Source of the DNA: Octopus vulgaris
Taxonomy: Eukaryota
Direction: 5' to 3'
DNA: 64,000 nt
Assembly: GCA_951406725.2 (NCBI GenBank)
Contig: OX597816.1
Coordinates: 96,038,001 to 96,102,000 of the forward strand
In this document: piece by piece, positions 27,180 to 39,909 of the stretch
Numbering within the stretch: the first letter of the stretch is position 1
Layout: each line of letters begins with the position of its first letter
Notes under the pieces: model-generated
What the model was told of the DNA's origin: nothing
Seen by the model: the letters and a program-made list of their open reading frames with translations, nothing else
Database searches by the model: none
Position numbers and translations under genes: made by a program

Positions 27180-28200
27180 CATAGCTCTGATTTCACTGTA
27201 AATTCGGATAAACCTTTATAGTATAATGCCCTATCTCGTGAAGCATTCCCAGAAGACCTGGTAAATTCTCTCATAATCAATATAAAAAGTGTGTTGATGA
27301 ATTTAACATGAACTGATAGATTCATAGAACTCAACACCTTCAGAGATGGAAGTCCATATTTCAATATTGCTTTTTGTTGGTTATAAACACCTACACATTA
27401 CAAGATGCTTTTGGCAACAATATTTTGCACATTAAATCTTTCTTATATCGGCTTCTTTCACTCTACCGAGGCTACTGCCTTGTGTTTGTTATTTAGCTAC
27501 TGATAAGGGCTATTTGAACATAGATATTACCAAATACATTGTATCATGACGATGTCGTTTTGTTTTCAGGTTTAAAGTACCTAGAACCTCATTATTCTAA
27601 GAGGACTATAAAATTATATTTAGCCGCTATATTTTGCAGATCGAGCTACCACATAGCTTGGAGGCATCGACTTCAAGTGTATAGTCGATTAGATCTACTT
27701 CGGTGCAAATTTCATAGACAAGAGCTTATTATGAAGACCGCTTAAGTTTGAAATGCAAATTGAGTTTGTACAAGATTTGAACACAAATAGTAGAAATGTA
27801 AAGTGTTGAGCTCTATGTATGTATCAGTTGACTTTAAGTTATGTCAGATTTCACCATTCATCCACCTGCTTGCGTGGCGGTTGTTGTAGCTATTGTTAAA
27901 AGTTGTTGCATTCTGTCTAGAAACTAAACGTGATATTTCCAACATGGAATGAGCAGACTAATCGGATTACTGAGTTACTTAATATAGGATTGACGAAGGC
28001 TATTGGAAATAATAAATAGAAAGTTGAAGACAGAAAATTACGGGACAATTTAATAAGGGCTAATGATATAAGATTAGAGAGAGAGAGAGAGAAAGCAGTT
28101 AACAGACTATAATAGGTTTGTAAGAAAGGCATGAAATCTGACACGTCAGTCGCAAAAATAGACATGGCGATTTGGCGATGGGAATACCTTTCGATAATTT
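27180..28200 (-). mobile_element. Very old Penelope-like RT remnant (tentative)
   Basis: Weak VY.K.T and RDRA-like codons on the minus strand; many stops. Confidence 0.25.
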
Positions 28201-29021
28201 CTTCGCTTCTCGAAACAAATATAATTTTTGTCTTAACGTGCAGAGTGCTGTTTAACAGATGCAGTAAGAAGTGTTACAACATATTATTAAAGCCACTGTG
28301 AGACGTTTGACATGCCTGTGCTGTGTTCAATTCTTTCTAAGTACATCTGGATACAACCTGCAGTATTAGATAATGAGGAGGAAGAAGACTTTAAGGTCCA
28401 AATCGGCAGTGTACCATACAAAGTCCCATAACAATATTTAAAATATGAAAAGTATTGAACGGTTGCATAATAAATTACCAGGAGTAGATAGTTTGTCCTG
28501 AGATACTTTATTTGAACATACCAATGTTTGCTCGTACCTTCGTTGGTTGGTAGATACAATTACTGGTTGTAGATTACTCATATTCCCAGTTGCATTAGTT
28601 GGAAATCAGTCACGCCGCTGAAGAGTAGCGCAAAGAGTATTATAAAACATAATTACATAATTCTGAAAAAGAATTAGTGTCTGGCTAAATCTACAAGCTA
28701 AAAGACTGATATTTGCTTCTGTGAAGAAACAATTATGAGCGCAAATATATGTAATTTCGAAAGTATATCTTAAGTGCAATATTTATTTCATGAGTCAAGC
28801 GAAAGCTAGGTATATAAAAAGTTTTATAGAAGATCTGATTAATTTACAAAACGGAAAAACATTGAATATTTGGCAAATATATCAATAGAAGCCAGGTTCT
28901 ATCTCGTCTTTAAGGATGAGATATTCATTACGCAGCTATATTTGACTGTGATTTTGCTTGTCTCTAAGATTTAGACGTTATACATTAAAACATACATGCG
29001 TACAAATGCGTATATGTGAAT

Positions 29022-29161
29022 GTAGGCGTGGTTGTGTGGTAAGAAGTTTGCATCTCAAAAACATAGTTCCGGTTTAAGCCACACTGCGAGACACCCTGAA
29101 CAAAAATTTTCTACCATAACGTCCAATTGACCAAAGCCTTGTGATTGGATCTGGTTGACGG

Positions 29162-29163
<2 letters not shown>
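29022..29163 (+). mobile_element. SINE family B 5' half
   Basis: GGCGTGGTTGTGTGGTAAGAAG...GGTTTAAGCCAC...CCAAAGCCTTGTGA. Confidence 0.75.
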
Positions 29164-29225
<62 letters not shown>

Positions 29226-29226
<1 letters not shown>

Positions 29227-29430
29227 CGTGACCTCGTGAGTACCACCGGCGATTTTTTTCCTCTGTCTTCCCTTCTCGGGATCTTTCCTTCTCCTATGTT
29301 GCCGACGAAGAGCTCCGCTCGAAACGTTAAACCCTCCTTCTTCTCTTCTTTCCTGAGCGTCCAATAATACTTTATTTGTTCCACGTCCTTGCGTTGTTGT
29401 GTTTTTTGTTTTCTTGTTTGGATTAACCTT
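29226..29430 (+). mobile_element. ~200-bp hammerhead-bearing repeat (solo PLE pseudo-LTR-like) flanked by (TA)n
   Basis: GTTG-CCGACGA-A-GAGC tcc GCTC-GAAA-CG-TT-AAAC at 29298-29332; sister copy at 32102-32290 on the minus strand. Confidence 0.7.
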
Positions 29431-29525
29431 ATATATGTATATATATGTGTATGTATGTATATCTATATATGTGTGTGTGTATGTATGTATATATATATAT
29501 TATATATATGTATATATATATTATA

Positions 29526-29580
<55 letters not shown>

Positions 29581-30036
29581 CCACCCAGCGGTGGTTATAT
29601 ATAACCATATATATATATAACCACCCAGCGAACTTCCACCATGGGTCATCACAATTGCTTAAGGTAAAAATGAATTCCTCGCTCTTTCGGAAACATCAAT
29701 CTTCTGTATTGACCGCTTTCCACCACTTTGATCTGTTTTTTGTATTGAATACGTATCGCCACCGTGGGCCACTGCATCGAACACTTTGAACATATACTTC
29801 AAACTATATATCAACTATACATGAACTATATATCAACTATACATGAACTCTAAGATGTCTGACTCCGTTGTGTATTATAAATGAATTTCTTGTGTTTGAC
29901 GGCATGAGCTGTCTCTTTTTTTATATATAACTTTTTTTGATAAGGTTCATTTCAGGAACTGAAACATGTTATAATGTATATATAAAAATAAAAAATTGTA
30001 TAATACAGCAGCATTTTCGAACTTCATTTTTTACAA

Positions 30037-30085
<49 letters not shown>

Positions 30086-30120
30086 TGTACGTATGTATGT
30101 ATATATACACACACACATAC

Positions 30121-30988
30121 ACAGGATGCGATGGGTAAATTGTCGCCATTTTCTATTTTTAATTTCGTGCATGTGTGTTGTTTGTCTTTGATTTTGTGAA
30201 CTACAAAGTATTGTCTAGTCAGTTGGGCACCGTCTGTGAGAAAAGCAGCACCATGACGTAATTCACTCTGCCAGAAATTTGGAAACGACATGTACTGCTT
30301 GACATTCGTGCTGAAAGCTCAAATACTAACATTTCAGAGTGTTTGGGTGTCAATCTGAGGATAGTGCAATCTGAGGACACGTACCGAATGTGATAAAAAT
30401 CAAATATCCAGTCAACGCCAATGTGTTTCGAATGATAACTAGTGATGATGACGTTATGCCTCCATTCATCTTCCCAAACAGCCTCAGATTCAGCACGGAG
30501 GCCTACATCAAGTGCCTGGAGGAGTTACTGCTGCCCCGATCAAAAGGGTAGCTACTGGAAGACCCTATGTCTGGCAACAGAACTCTGCACCATGACACAC
30601 AAACAGGAGAACCCAGTCATGGCTGCCAACAATTTCTGCGACCACATCACCCCTAACATCTGGCCATCTAACTTCTCAGACTTATGTAGGGAGTGTAGTT
30701 AAGCGAGAGTCCAACAAAACTCCTTGTAACACCAAAGATGAATTGAAGGCAAGGATTATGGCAGCACCAACCAAAGTAATTAAGGAGACCGCCCAGAAGA
30801 GTTGCGGGAGATTCCGAAGTCGTCTGCAGGCTGTGGTTGAAGTCAATGACGATTTTATTGAATAAATTTACTGTTTGGTGTTTCAAGATATTTTATGTAA
30901 TTTTGGTAAATATATCTGTTCAAATGCGATGTCAGCGTTATTTTCATTTTTGCGTAATTTAGACGACAATATATTCATCACACCCTGT
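30121..30988 (+). mobile_element. Internally deleted Tc1/mariner-superfamily transposon with both TIRs
   Basis: Left ACAGGATGCGATGGGTAAATTGTCGCC matches the reverse complement of right GACGACAATATATTCATCACACCCTGT; FCDHITPNIWPSNFSDL (WPP.SPD-like). Confidence 0.85.
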
Positions 30989-31419
30989 GTATATATATCT
31001 TTTAAATTTGTTAATGAAAACTGTTTTGAATACTCATAGAGAGCTCCTATTCTATTATGCTAACCATAGTCTAATGATGTTGACTGGTGAACCAGTTTTT
31101 CGGGATTGCATCGAGCTATACCAATGTAAGATAAATATAATATTAATAGCAATATTCCTTGGATGGAATTTATAAGCATTTAATGCATCGCTGCTCGCTT
31201 TTTCACGAATCACATGTCTCTTAAGATCGTAAGAGACATGTAGTTTGTGGAAACGCCCGTAGCGATGCATTAACTCTTTATAAATTCCATTCAAAGATTA
31301 AGGTTGTATAACATAGGGAAGGACCTTTATATGTGTTTGTGTATGTGTATATATATATATAAAGAAAATTCACGGGAATTTTATGTTGGAAAAAATATGT
31401 ATGAAATAAATATATTTTT

Positions 31420-31850
31420 GAAATCGACCGGTTTCGCTTCTGCAATTCATGATTAAATATTGATAATGTTATAATTTCATGCTATTATAATAAGTTTTCA
31501 TTTCATGTTAGTAGAAGGGCAGATATTCTGTAAACAAATCGGAAGCTAAATAAATTTCAGGAAGGTAATCAGTAATTATTATTATTAGAAGCAGGGGAGC
31601 TAATTATCTTTATCTTTGGAAAGTAAACTTATTATATATGTATGATAGATGACAAAGATATATATTTATGGACTCAAATATTTATATTGTCCAAAATTGG
31701 TTATAGGTTCATATTAAGGCGAGATTGTTCAAATGCTGCTTCATTGCATTTGTATATAGGAAATATTTGAAGTTTTGTTGGAGAATCTCCGACGTCTCTC
31801 TATGTGTTCACTTAGAGGTATTTATCTATATCTCGGGAAACGGATTTGTT
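31420..31850 (-). mobile_element. Decayed PLE 3' end with relic hammerhead (tentative)
   Basis: Reverse complement AATC-ATGAATT-GC agaa GC-GAAA-CCGG-TC-GATT at 31422-31454; 5' core mutated. Confidence 0.4.
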
Positions 31851-31911
31851 CTGTATTCAGTGTTATTCTCTGTTATTCAGTGTTATTCTCTGTATTCGGT
31901 GTTATTCAGTG

Positions 31912-32043
31912 TTATTCGGTAAAAGAGACCGACAGAATAGGTACCAGGCTTTAAAAAGTAAGTACTGGTGTCGATCCGTTTGACTGAAATTCTTTAAGGC
32001 AGTACCTTAGCGTGGCTACAGTCTAATGACTGAAATAAATAAA

Positions 32044-32046
<3 letters not shown>
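31912..32046 (+). mobile_element. SINE family B 3' end
   Basis: TTCGGTAAAAGAGACCGACAGAATAGGTACC...CAGTCTAATGACTGAAATAAATAAAAG. Confidence 0.75.
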
Positions 32047-32101
<55 letters not shown>

Positions 32102-32106
<5 letters not shown>

Positions 32107-32290
32107 ATCCAAACATGAAAACACAACAACGCGAGGACGTGGAACAAGTATAGTATTATTGGACGCTCAGGAAAGAAGGAATGAAGGAGGGTTTAACGCT
32201 TCGAGCGGAACACTTCATCAGAAACATAGGAAAAGGAAAGATCCAAAGAAGGAGGAAAAAAATCGCCAACGGTACACACGCGGTCACATT
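32102..32290 (-). mobile_element. Second copy of the ~200-bp hammerhead-bearing repeat, flanked by (TA)n
   Basis: Reverse complement GTTT-CTGATGA-A-GTGT tcc GCTC-GAAG-CG-TT-AAAC at 32191-32225; colinear with 29226-29430. Confidence 0.7.
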
Positions 32291-32315
32291 TTGAATGTAT
32301 ATATACATATATATA

Positions 32316-33151
32316 CTAGCATTGAAGACCCGTCGTTGCCAGGTCATAGTGCTAGTGCATGTATATATGTGTATATATATGTGTACATATTACATGTACA
32401 TCTATATATATACATCTACACATAAAATGCAAAATACAAAGTTATATCTTGATATCGCTAGTGATAACAATACAGCTCTTCTTTTTTCTCTACATTGTAT
32501 ACTTTATAGACAATAGTCTTCTCTTTAATTTAATCTTTTATTATCCATCTGGACTATTCCATTTCTGCACGCTAATTTTATTTTTAATTTAATTCCCATT
32601 CATGTGAAACAACTTATTCAAGTTCAAATCATTGATGCAATTTTATACCAATTGCTATTTTTACTTATATTATACTTTAGTCTGATTTTAATTATTACTT
32701 ACTACATATAATTCAAATGTTATTATTATTTTTATTGTTAAAGTTAAAGCATCTGACATAAAATAGAGAAATATTTTTGATTCACTTTTAACACGTAATA
32801 CTGAAATAGTGGAGAAGATATGATATTGCTATGGGCTCGCTCTAGGCAAGATGTTGAACATTTTTTTTTGCCCATGAAACTACATGGACCCTAAGTAAGG
32901 CGTGTGTAATATTTGAATGAAATTGGCTGTGTAGTTCTCAAGTTTTAGGGAATCGTAGTGGAGAAGATATGATATTGCTGTGGGCTCGACCTAGGCAAAA
33001 AGTTAAAATTTTTTGCCGATGACACTCCCCGGACCCTAAGTAAGGCATATGTAAAATTTGAATGAAATTGGTTGTGTAGTTCTCAAGTTTTAGGGAAACA
33101 CACAGGCAGAAAGACAGACAGACACACATTCTCAGTTTTTATATATAAAGA
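32316..33151 (-). mobile_element. Complete non-autonomous Helitron-like element
   Basis: 5' A|TCTTTATATATAAAA, 3' hairpin-like CCTGGCAACGACGGG then CTAG|T; A|T insertion site without TSD; internal ~149-bp tandem duplication (32807-33097). Confidence 0.8.
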
Positions 33152-33153
33152 TA

Positions 33154-33226
<73 letters not shown>

Positions 33227-33641
33227 ATAAATATTTTCATGCATGCATGCATACACAAACACACACACACACACATATTTTTGAGAGAATATATTGAAGC
33301 AAAAATATCATATTCCTTTATTTCATCTACGTGTTTCTGCGTTCGACAATCGCTTTGTATCTCAGGTATTTATACGCTTGTGATTCATAATTTGACTCGC
33401 ATTTAAAATTGCCGTCATCGATTATCAAACGCAATATCAAAATATGAGTAACAGATTCAATAAAGAAATACCAAATTTCATACGTTTTTTCTTTAATAAT
33501 AGAAGTGCTCTTTATAATACGTAATAGTACAATGCTAGTCGCATAGAACACAACATGATCACGTTGCCTAGCGTGGTTAACGTGAACACTATATAGAGTC
33601 AATAAGATAATGTTGTCCTGCTTCAATTGCATCCATTTGCA

Positions 33642-33695
<54 letters not shown>

Positions 33696-35069
33696 AGCAT
33701 ATCTGTGTGTTTGTTTGTGTGTACACACACACACACACGCGCAAAAGAATAGTTGAAAGTGATATTGAGGTTTCTGTAGCCGTAGAGTAAAACAAGCATA
33801 ATTTGTAGATACATGAAAACTGAATTAAGAGAATTTTTACTGACTGGAGCAAGGCAGTTTGTGGAGCTCAAATTTAATTTTGTGTAGGCGAAAAGTTCAG
33901 CAGTTGTAGGGCTTCATAAGAGCCAAGACAAAATGGTGCAGACAATTTTAGAATGGGAGTCAATAGCACTGAGTGTCAATTTATAAACAAAATTAAAGCG
34001 TGTAATGAATGCTCGAGGTTGTGAGGAGGGCGCAGTTTATAGTATATGTGAGGAAGCACGTGCACACACACACACTCACACATACATACACACATATACA
34101 TGCATATATACACGCATAAGTATATAATGCAATCGTCCATTCGAACACACACATACCTATATATGTAGATATATACATGTGTGTGCGTGCAAATGAATAA
34201 AGTATTTTTAAAGCATGTATGTAAACACACACAGGAGTCAGAATGCTGGAACCATAGGTTTTAAGTTGCCCATTAACGCATTTGTGCACCATCCGTCCAA
34301 CCAGAAATGCCTTGACTAATACACTTCCAAAATACCATTTAATTAAATATCAGTCCAAACATATCTGACCAAAGCAGCGATTATTACCAACAGAAAACCT
34401 ATGGTCTCAGTAGGAATAATTATTAATGACGTCATAATGTTGATTGGCAAAATCATTAGTCTATGTGCGTATATACCTGTGTGTATGTTTTATAATTGCA
34501 TATGCACATGTGTTCTCTATGCGTGTCTTTGCATTTGGCATTTCAGTCCCCTTCAAATATTTTACAATTCTGTGTCTGTGCGTGATGTCGTTTGAGAGCT
34601 CTACTGGTAACATGTAACCCAGTACAACCTCTTATACTGTTGCTTGGTCGGATCATTAGCGACTGAAGTAGCAATCTTGTCCCGCGTGCTTGGTGAAGAG
34701 GATTTTGTACAACCGACAGGATGAAAAACAAAAAGACCCTTTAAAAAGATCAATAGTGATCCAATGATGTTTACATACATACATGAAGTATGTGCATGTA
34801 GGCTTAACGGCATGCTTTTATTTCGTTCAAATAGCGCATGATAAAATAAATAACCTTCATCTCTGAAGATCCGAAGCTAGCTGTAGGAAACCGGCAAGGG
34901 ACACTGATACAGGTGGAAATATACCGTCATGCTAAGCTGGGAACCATGGTGCAAGCATATATCTGGAATAAGGTTTTAATATCCTGGAGATTCTAAGTTA
35001 GATGGCGCTACGAAGTCTGAAGATCCATCCTATTGACTTTGAAAAGTGTCCTACATTCTCATAGTCTTT

Positions 35070-35182
35070 TCTACTCTAGGCACAAGGCCCGAAAATTTTG
35101 GGGAGGGGGCCAGTTGATTAGACTGACTGCAGTATGCAACTGGTACTTAAATTATCGACCCCGAAAGGATGAACGGCAAACT
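35070..35182 (-). mobile_element. SINE family A 3' part
   Basis: TTTCTACTCTAGGCACAAGGCCCGAAAATTTTGGGG...ATCGACCCCGAAAGGATGAA. Confidence 0.75.
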
Positions 35183-35189
35183 GGGCAAA

Positions 35190-35760
35190 AATACTACAGA
35201 AACTAACTAAAAGAGCCAGACTCCTTATGTACTAGCTTGTATGAGCCGAGCATCTGGTACAAAGGGCCAGACAAACCAGATTCACCGGAAAGCTCATGGT
35301 GTTTCCCTTTTTCGACATTATCTATATTCACTGGGGTCCCTCTGGTCATATTTACATGAAGGAATTTTTTAGAGAGTTCAGGAAGAAATTTCGTCGCAAA
35401 AGACCAGAGCACCTGCGTCAGAATAATCCACCAGTCCATAATTCCCTCCTGGAAACCAACTACTTGACAGAGATGGACATCAAACTAGTCCCTACCCTGC
35501 CTACTGTCCAGAAATTGCTCCCTGTGAATTTTGAATTTCTCACAAGCTGAAGGAGAAGATGAAGGAGGCTGTGACAAGGTTCCTGCACACGTTTCCTTTG
35601 GAAGATTGCCATGGAACTTTCATGAAGTGTCCGGAGCGCTACAATAAATACATTGGAATCAGAGAAACCTGCTTTGAAGGAGATTAGAGTTTTGTATTTC
35701 TTTGAAATTAATAAATGTCTCTCCTAAAAAGGTGTCAAAGTTTCTGGAGTGCACCTTGTA
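35190..35760 (+). mobile_element. Mariner transposon relic, 3' half
   Basis: FREFRKKFRRKRP, QNNPPVH (HQDNAP-like), PY.P..AP.EF (YSPDLAPCDF-like), C-terminal FEGD*, right TIR-like end GAGTGCACCTTGTA. Confidence 0.8.
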
Positions 35761-35989
35761 ATTTCATTCAAATCTAGAATGGATTTTATTAATAATTAGT
35801 ACATCTGTTCATATTTGACCGGTATTTCATTTTGTCGACTTGGACAGGATGAATTAAAAATCTAACCTCATTTTATCCCATTTACCTCCCGAATTCATTT
35901 TCACCAACTTTAATTTTACTTTTCCTTTTTCTGTGAGGTGCAAATATAACTTAGTCCTAAGAATAATTATTAATGATGTCATAAAGTTA

Positions 35990-36175
35990 ATGGGCAGAAT
36001 CATTAGTGCATCTACAGTATTTCTCTTGAATGTTCTGAGTTCAAATCCGCCAAGATCGACTTTTCATTTTATTCTTCCGGGATTGATAAAATAATGAACG
36101 AATCAACTACATATATTGATTAATCAACTGTTCCCCCACCCTAACATCTCAGGCCTTGTATCTATTTTAGAAACA
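35990..36175 (+). mobile_element. Decayed SINE family A copy
   Basis: GGCAGAATCATTAG...TTCTGAGTTCAAATCCGCCAAGATCGAC. Confidence 0.7.
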
Positions 36176-36236
36176 ATTATTGCTTACGTCATAATCAACT
36201 TTATTTCGATATTTCTATATCACTTTTTTTCCACTA

Positions 36237-36306
<70 letters not shown>

Positions 36307-37049
36307 TATTAGTTGCGGATTAGTCTTTAATTATTGTATTATCTTCTGTATTAAATTATGGTTTATAATGTCCATGTTAAATGAAGGGTTATATCCCAAT
36401 TTAGAAATATTCGTATAATTAAGCACAAATTACGTGTCATTTACTGCATTTATGCAGTCAAAATAAGCTATTTAACAACATACTTTTTTTCTAGCGAATT
36501 CCATCTGTCAAAAGACGAAGAAGATAACACTTTAAAGCCTTCCGGTGGTTCTTAACATTACGGTAGAATCCTGAATTAAAACTGGTTAGACTAGCGAGGA
36601 TCTGAGAGAAAATTAAACAGAGTGATTTTATTGATTTGCAAGTAACTCAGTCAATCCTCCCCGATCTTAGTGTCACCTTGGATTAAAGACACATTATCTG
36701 AGAGTTATTATTCTGTTAGTGATTATAATTTCGTCAGAAGCAAAGAGATTAAAATTCTGAAGGTTAAAAATTAAAGAACCTGGCTTCGTCTTCAACTGAT
36801 ATTGATTTCAACGGAATTCAGCAAGATAGCCGAAATAGAAATGGTAGCTTTGTAGGTGAATCAACAGTTGTAATACCAGAATCGAACTTATTAATTTTAT
36901 TCAAAATATAACACTATTCCTGTTAAAATATTGCATTTGAACATATATACTTTTATGTTTCCACGAATGTTTGTTTCATTCCTCATACGCACATGAACAG
37001 GTATGCATGCATACATGCATATAATATGAACTGAAACGTAAGATTCTTT

Positions 37050-37178
37050 TCTAACCTGATGACGGAGGCTCGATTTATCCTATGTTTATTTGCTTCCATT
37101 ACGGACTGCATATTTTGGTGAACTACATTTACCAACAAGATGACGGATCTCCGATCACCCCGAAACAGCTGTTAGACA
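37050..37178 (+). ncRNA. Degenerate type I hammerhead motif with long stem II insert
   Basis: TCTAAC-CTGATGA-CGGAG...(~90 nt)...CCCC-GAAAC-AGCT-GTTAGA; stem I out of register. Confidence 0.45.
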
Positions 37179-37336
37179 TATAACACCTTACGTCTTTCCT
37201 TTTTATTTTCTTTGTCGTTTGTACGCTGCGTAGGTCTAATGTAATAATATATAATATCTACATATCAGTACTTCAATATTCATCAACTGAAAATCTTCAG
37301 TCTTTGCTTTCTTTCTGTTTGCATGTATATATACAT

Positions 37337-38135
37337 ACTCCTTTACTCATTTCGGCCATGCGGCCGTTGTCATGCTGGAGCACCATTATGATCTTTCTGA
37401 CTTCCTCATCAGCCTGGGTGTTTCACATTACCACTCCTGTATGTGCCTTTGTACCAGCTATTGGTACTTTGGTGTATAAGTGAGTTTGATTCCGCTGCCC
37501 TCGTCTGTACTTCATGTCGGGCTGTTGGTTTAACCGGTATTGTGTAGAGGAGGATGTCTAGTTCCTCTTTTAAGTCATCTAATTCCACCTTATGCAAATT
37601 TCTTAATTTTTGTGGCAGAGCATTGAGGAGCTGTTGGCCTTTGAACCCTAGATTATTGCAGTATCTGGTCCTGAATTTAGATAGAGTGGATGGTACTTTG
37701 GTACAATATAATGACAGCCAGTTCTGGCATTTGTATAACACTCAATGCCAAAGTTAGGTACTAGCCCTTCTAGGATTTTCCATATGTACATTATCACATA
37801 TCTCTCACGCCTTCGCTCCAAAGAGTAAAGCTGTAGTTTTCTCAGCCTATCCCTGTAGCTCATCCGCTGCACTGGTTCAATTTTTTGAGTGTAGTGGCGT
37901 TAGACTGCTTCAAGCTCCGCTGTTAGTTTGGCACTATGTGGTGACCATAACTGGGAGCAGTAGTCCAGGCTGCTGAGATCAAAGGTTCTCCACAGGGTCA
38001 ACATAGTTTCTTGGTTTCTTGTCTTGAAGGATCTCAGTATCCATCCTGTCAGATGTCTGCACTTTGCTGCCATCTTGCTAATGTGCATATAAAATGATGC
38101 ACCATTGCACATACTGATCCTCAAGTCTTTCATTC
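37337..38135 (-). mobile_element. 5'-truncated CR1-group LINE, same family as 20218-21222
   Basis: LTGWILRSFKTR, LDYCSQLWSPHS, YSLERRRERY, RYCNNLGFKG; homologous 3' stem-loop tail. Confidence 0.9.
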
Positions 38136-38819
38136 ATTGCATATTCTACAAGGTGCAGACTATTCTTATTTGAACAATCTAACATTCTGATGTTTAAGGT
38201 AAATTACTTTAGAAGTTATAGTGCCTTCCCTCTAAAGAAATTGTACAGTTCCTCATGTTCAGGTATATATTTGTGCCTGAAACATACGACTCGGATAAAT
38301 ATGTTTTCTTTCAAAGTCATTCCGTTGATTTCAATTCGCACACATTTATAGTTTTTAATAATATTATTGCGATCGAAGCTGATTAGCTCTGACGCATCGA
38401 GGATGAAACAAATTCATAATCAACGATGTTCCATCAGCGAAAACAGCCGATTTTAAGGGCATCTAGACCTGCCATATCTAACACATCCTGTTGTTTTTGA
38501 AGAGGAAAAAAAATAAGGTGTGTCATGAATGCGATTAACTACTATTTCTAGCAACTCAAATGACGATTGAAAGGATCGCTGAATGGTTGTTGTGGCGCTC
38601 ATTTCGCATGTTTCGACTTTAACGTTTTTCTTTTCTAAATATTCTTTATTGGACGCTCAGATAAGACAGAAATAATGTTATCATGATGTAGTCATTTAAT
38701 AATTCTTATTCTCCCCTTTTCCCTTTCTTCGTTTCTTATTTTTATCGTTATATTTCTTCTGTTTTTTCATGTTTCTTTCCTTTTCTCACATAACATGCTA
38801 ATTGAACCGATACCCAAAC

Positions 38820-39121
38820 GACACACTATGACTGTACATTTACACACTGTCACGCACGCACTCACACACCCATGCTCGCATACACACACACACACACACG
38901 CACGCACACACGCACTCCCTGCTATTTCTCTAACTCACACTCTCTCTCTCACAAATTAGCTCCATACATACACAACAGAATGACAGAACACATATACACA
39001 TACACTCCCACACACATGCATACAAAGAAGCAAGCCCACAAGCATGCACGCATACTTTCGTATACGCAGTCACAGACAGCTATCAAGTATTTAGGCGCGT
39101 GACATTTACAGACATTCATTA

Positions 39122-39178
<57 letters not shown>

Positions 39179-39638
39179 ACCATGCACATACACGTTTCAT
39201 TCTTACACACTGTCACTCAAGTTTAAAAAAAAACAAAAAAAAACATGCGCATACACGAAATTCTATATCCGTCACACACACACACATATTAATACATTCA
39301 GAAACACACTTACACATATACTCACACGCTCAAGAAAACAAGATGCTCACAAGCAAATGCATACACACTCAAGCTATACTCACACCCACTTCCACATACA
39401 TACGTTCACATACCAACTCACATACGCATATATATCGTCATACGTTTATAGAGATCTACTACATATACGCATATGCAAATACTTATTCAAAATGTACATA
39501 TATTCATTCATGCACACACAGGCTCAATTACAAACATAATTTCCTCACCCTCACCTCACTTTCTCTTTGTCTTTCTGTCTTTCTCAATTCTTATATACAT
39601 TTCTCTTTTTCCTTTTTCTCCTTACTCCCATAATCACA

Positions 39639-39675
<37 letters not shown>

Positions 39676-39834
39676 ACTCCACCCTTTCTCCCTTTCTAAA
39701 TGTTGTTTTTTTTTTCTTTCTTAATCTTCTATCCGTTTCTATCACGAAAATTTATGACTCCTCTCACAATTTATAACCCTGCTTATCTCACCCGACCACA
39801 CTGATTGATGAACGCAGCACACACACACACACAC

Positions 39835-39909
<75 letters not shown>

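Noticed and set aside
31855-31920. Short tandem TATTCAGTGT/TATTCTCTGT units; also 29800-29848 and 29575-29630 duplications
   Set aside because: Local slippage duplications with no spacers; not CRISPR-like
34858-34902. CTGAAGA...GAAACCGGCA motif
   Set aside because: No U at the cleavage triplet and stems pair poorly; at best a remote relic
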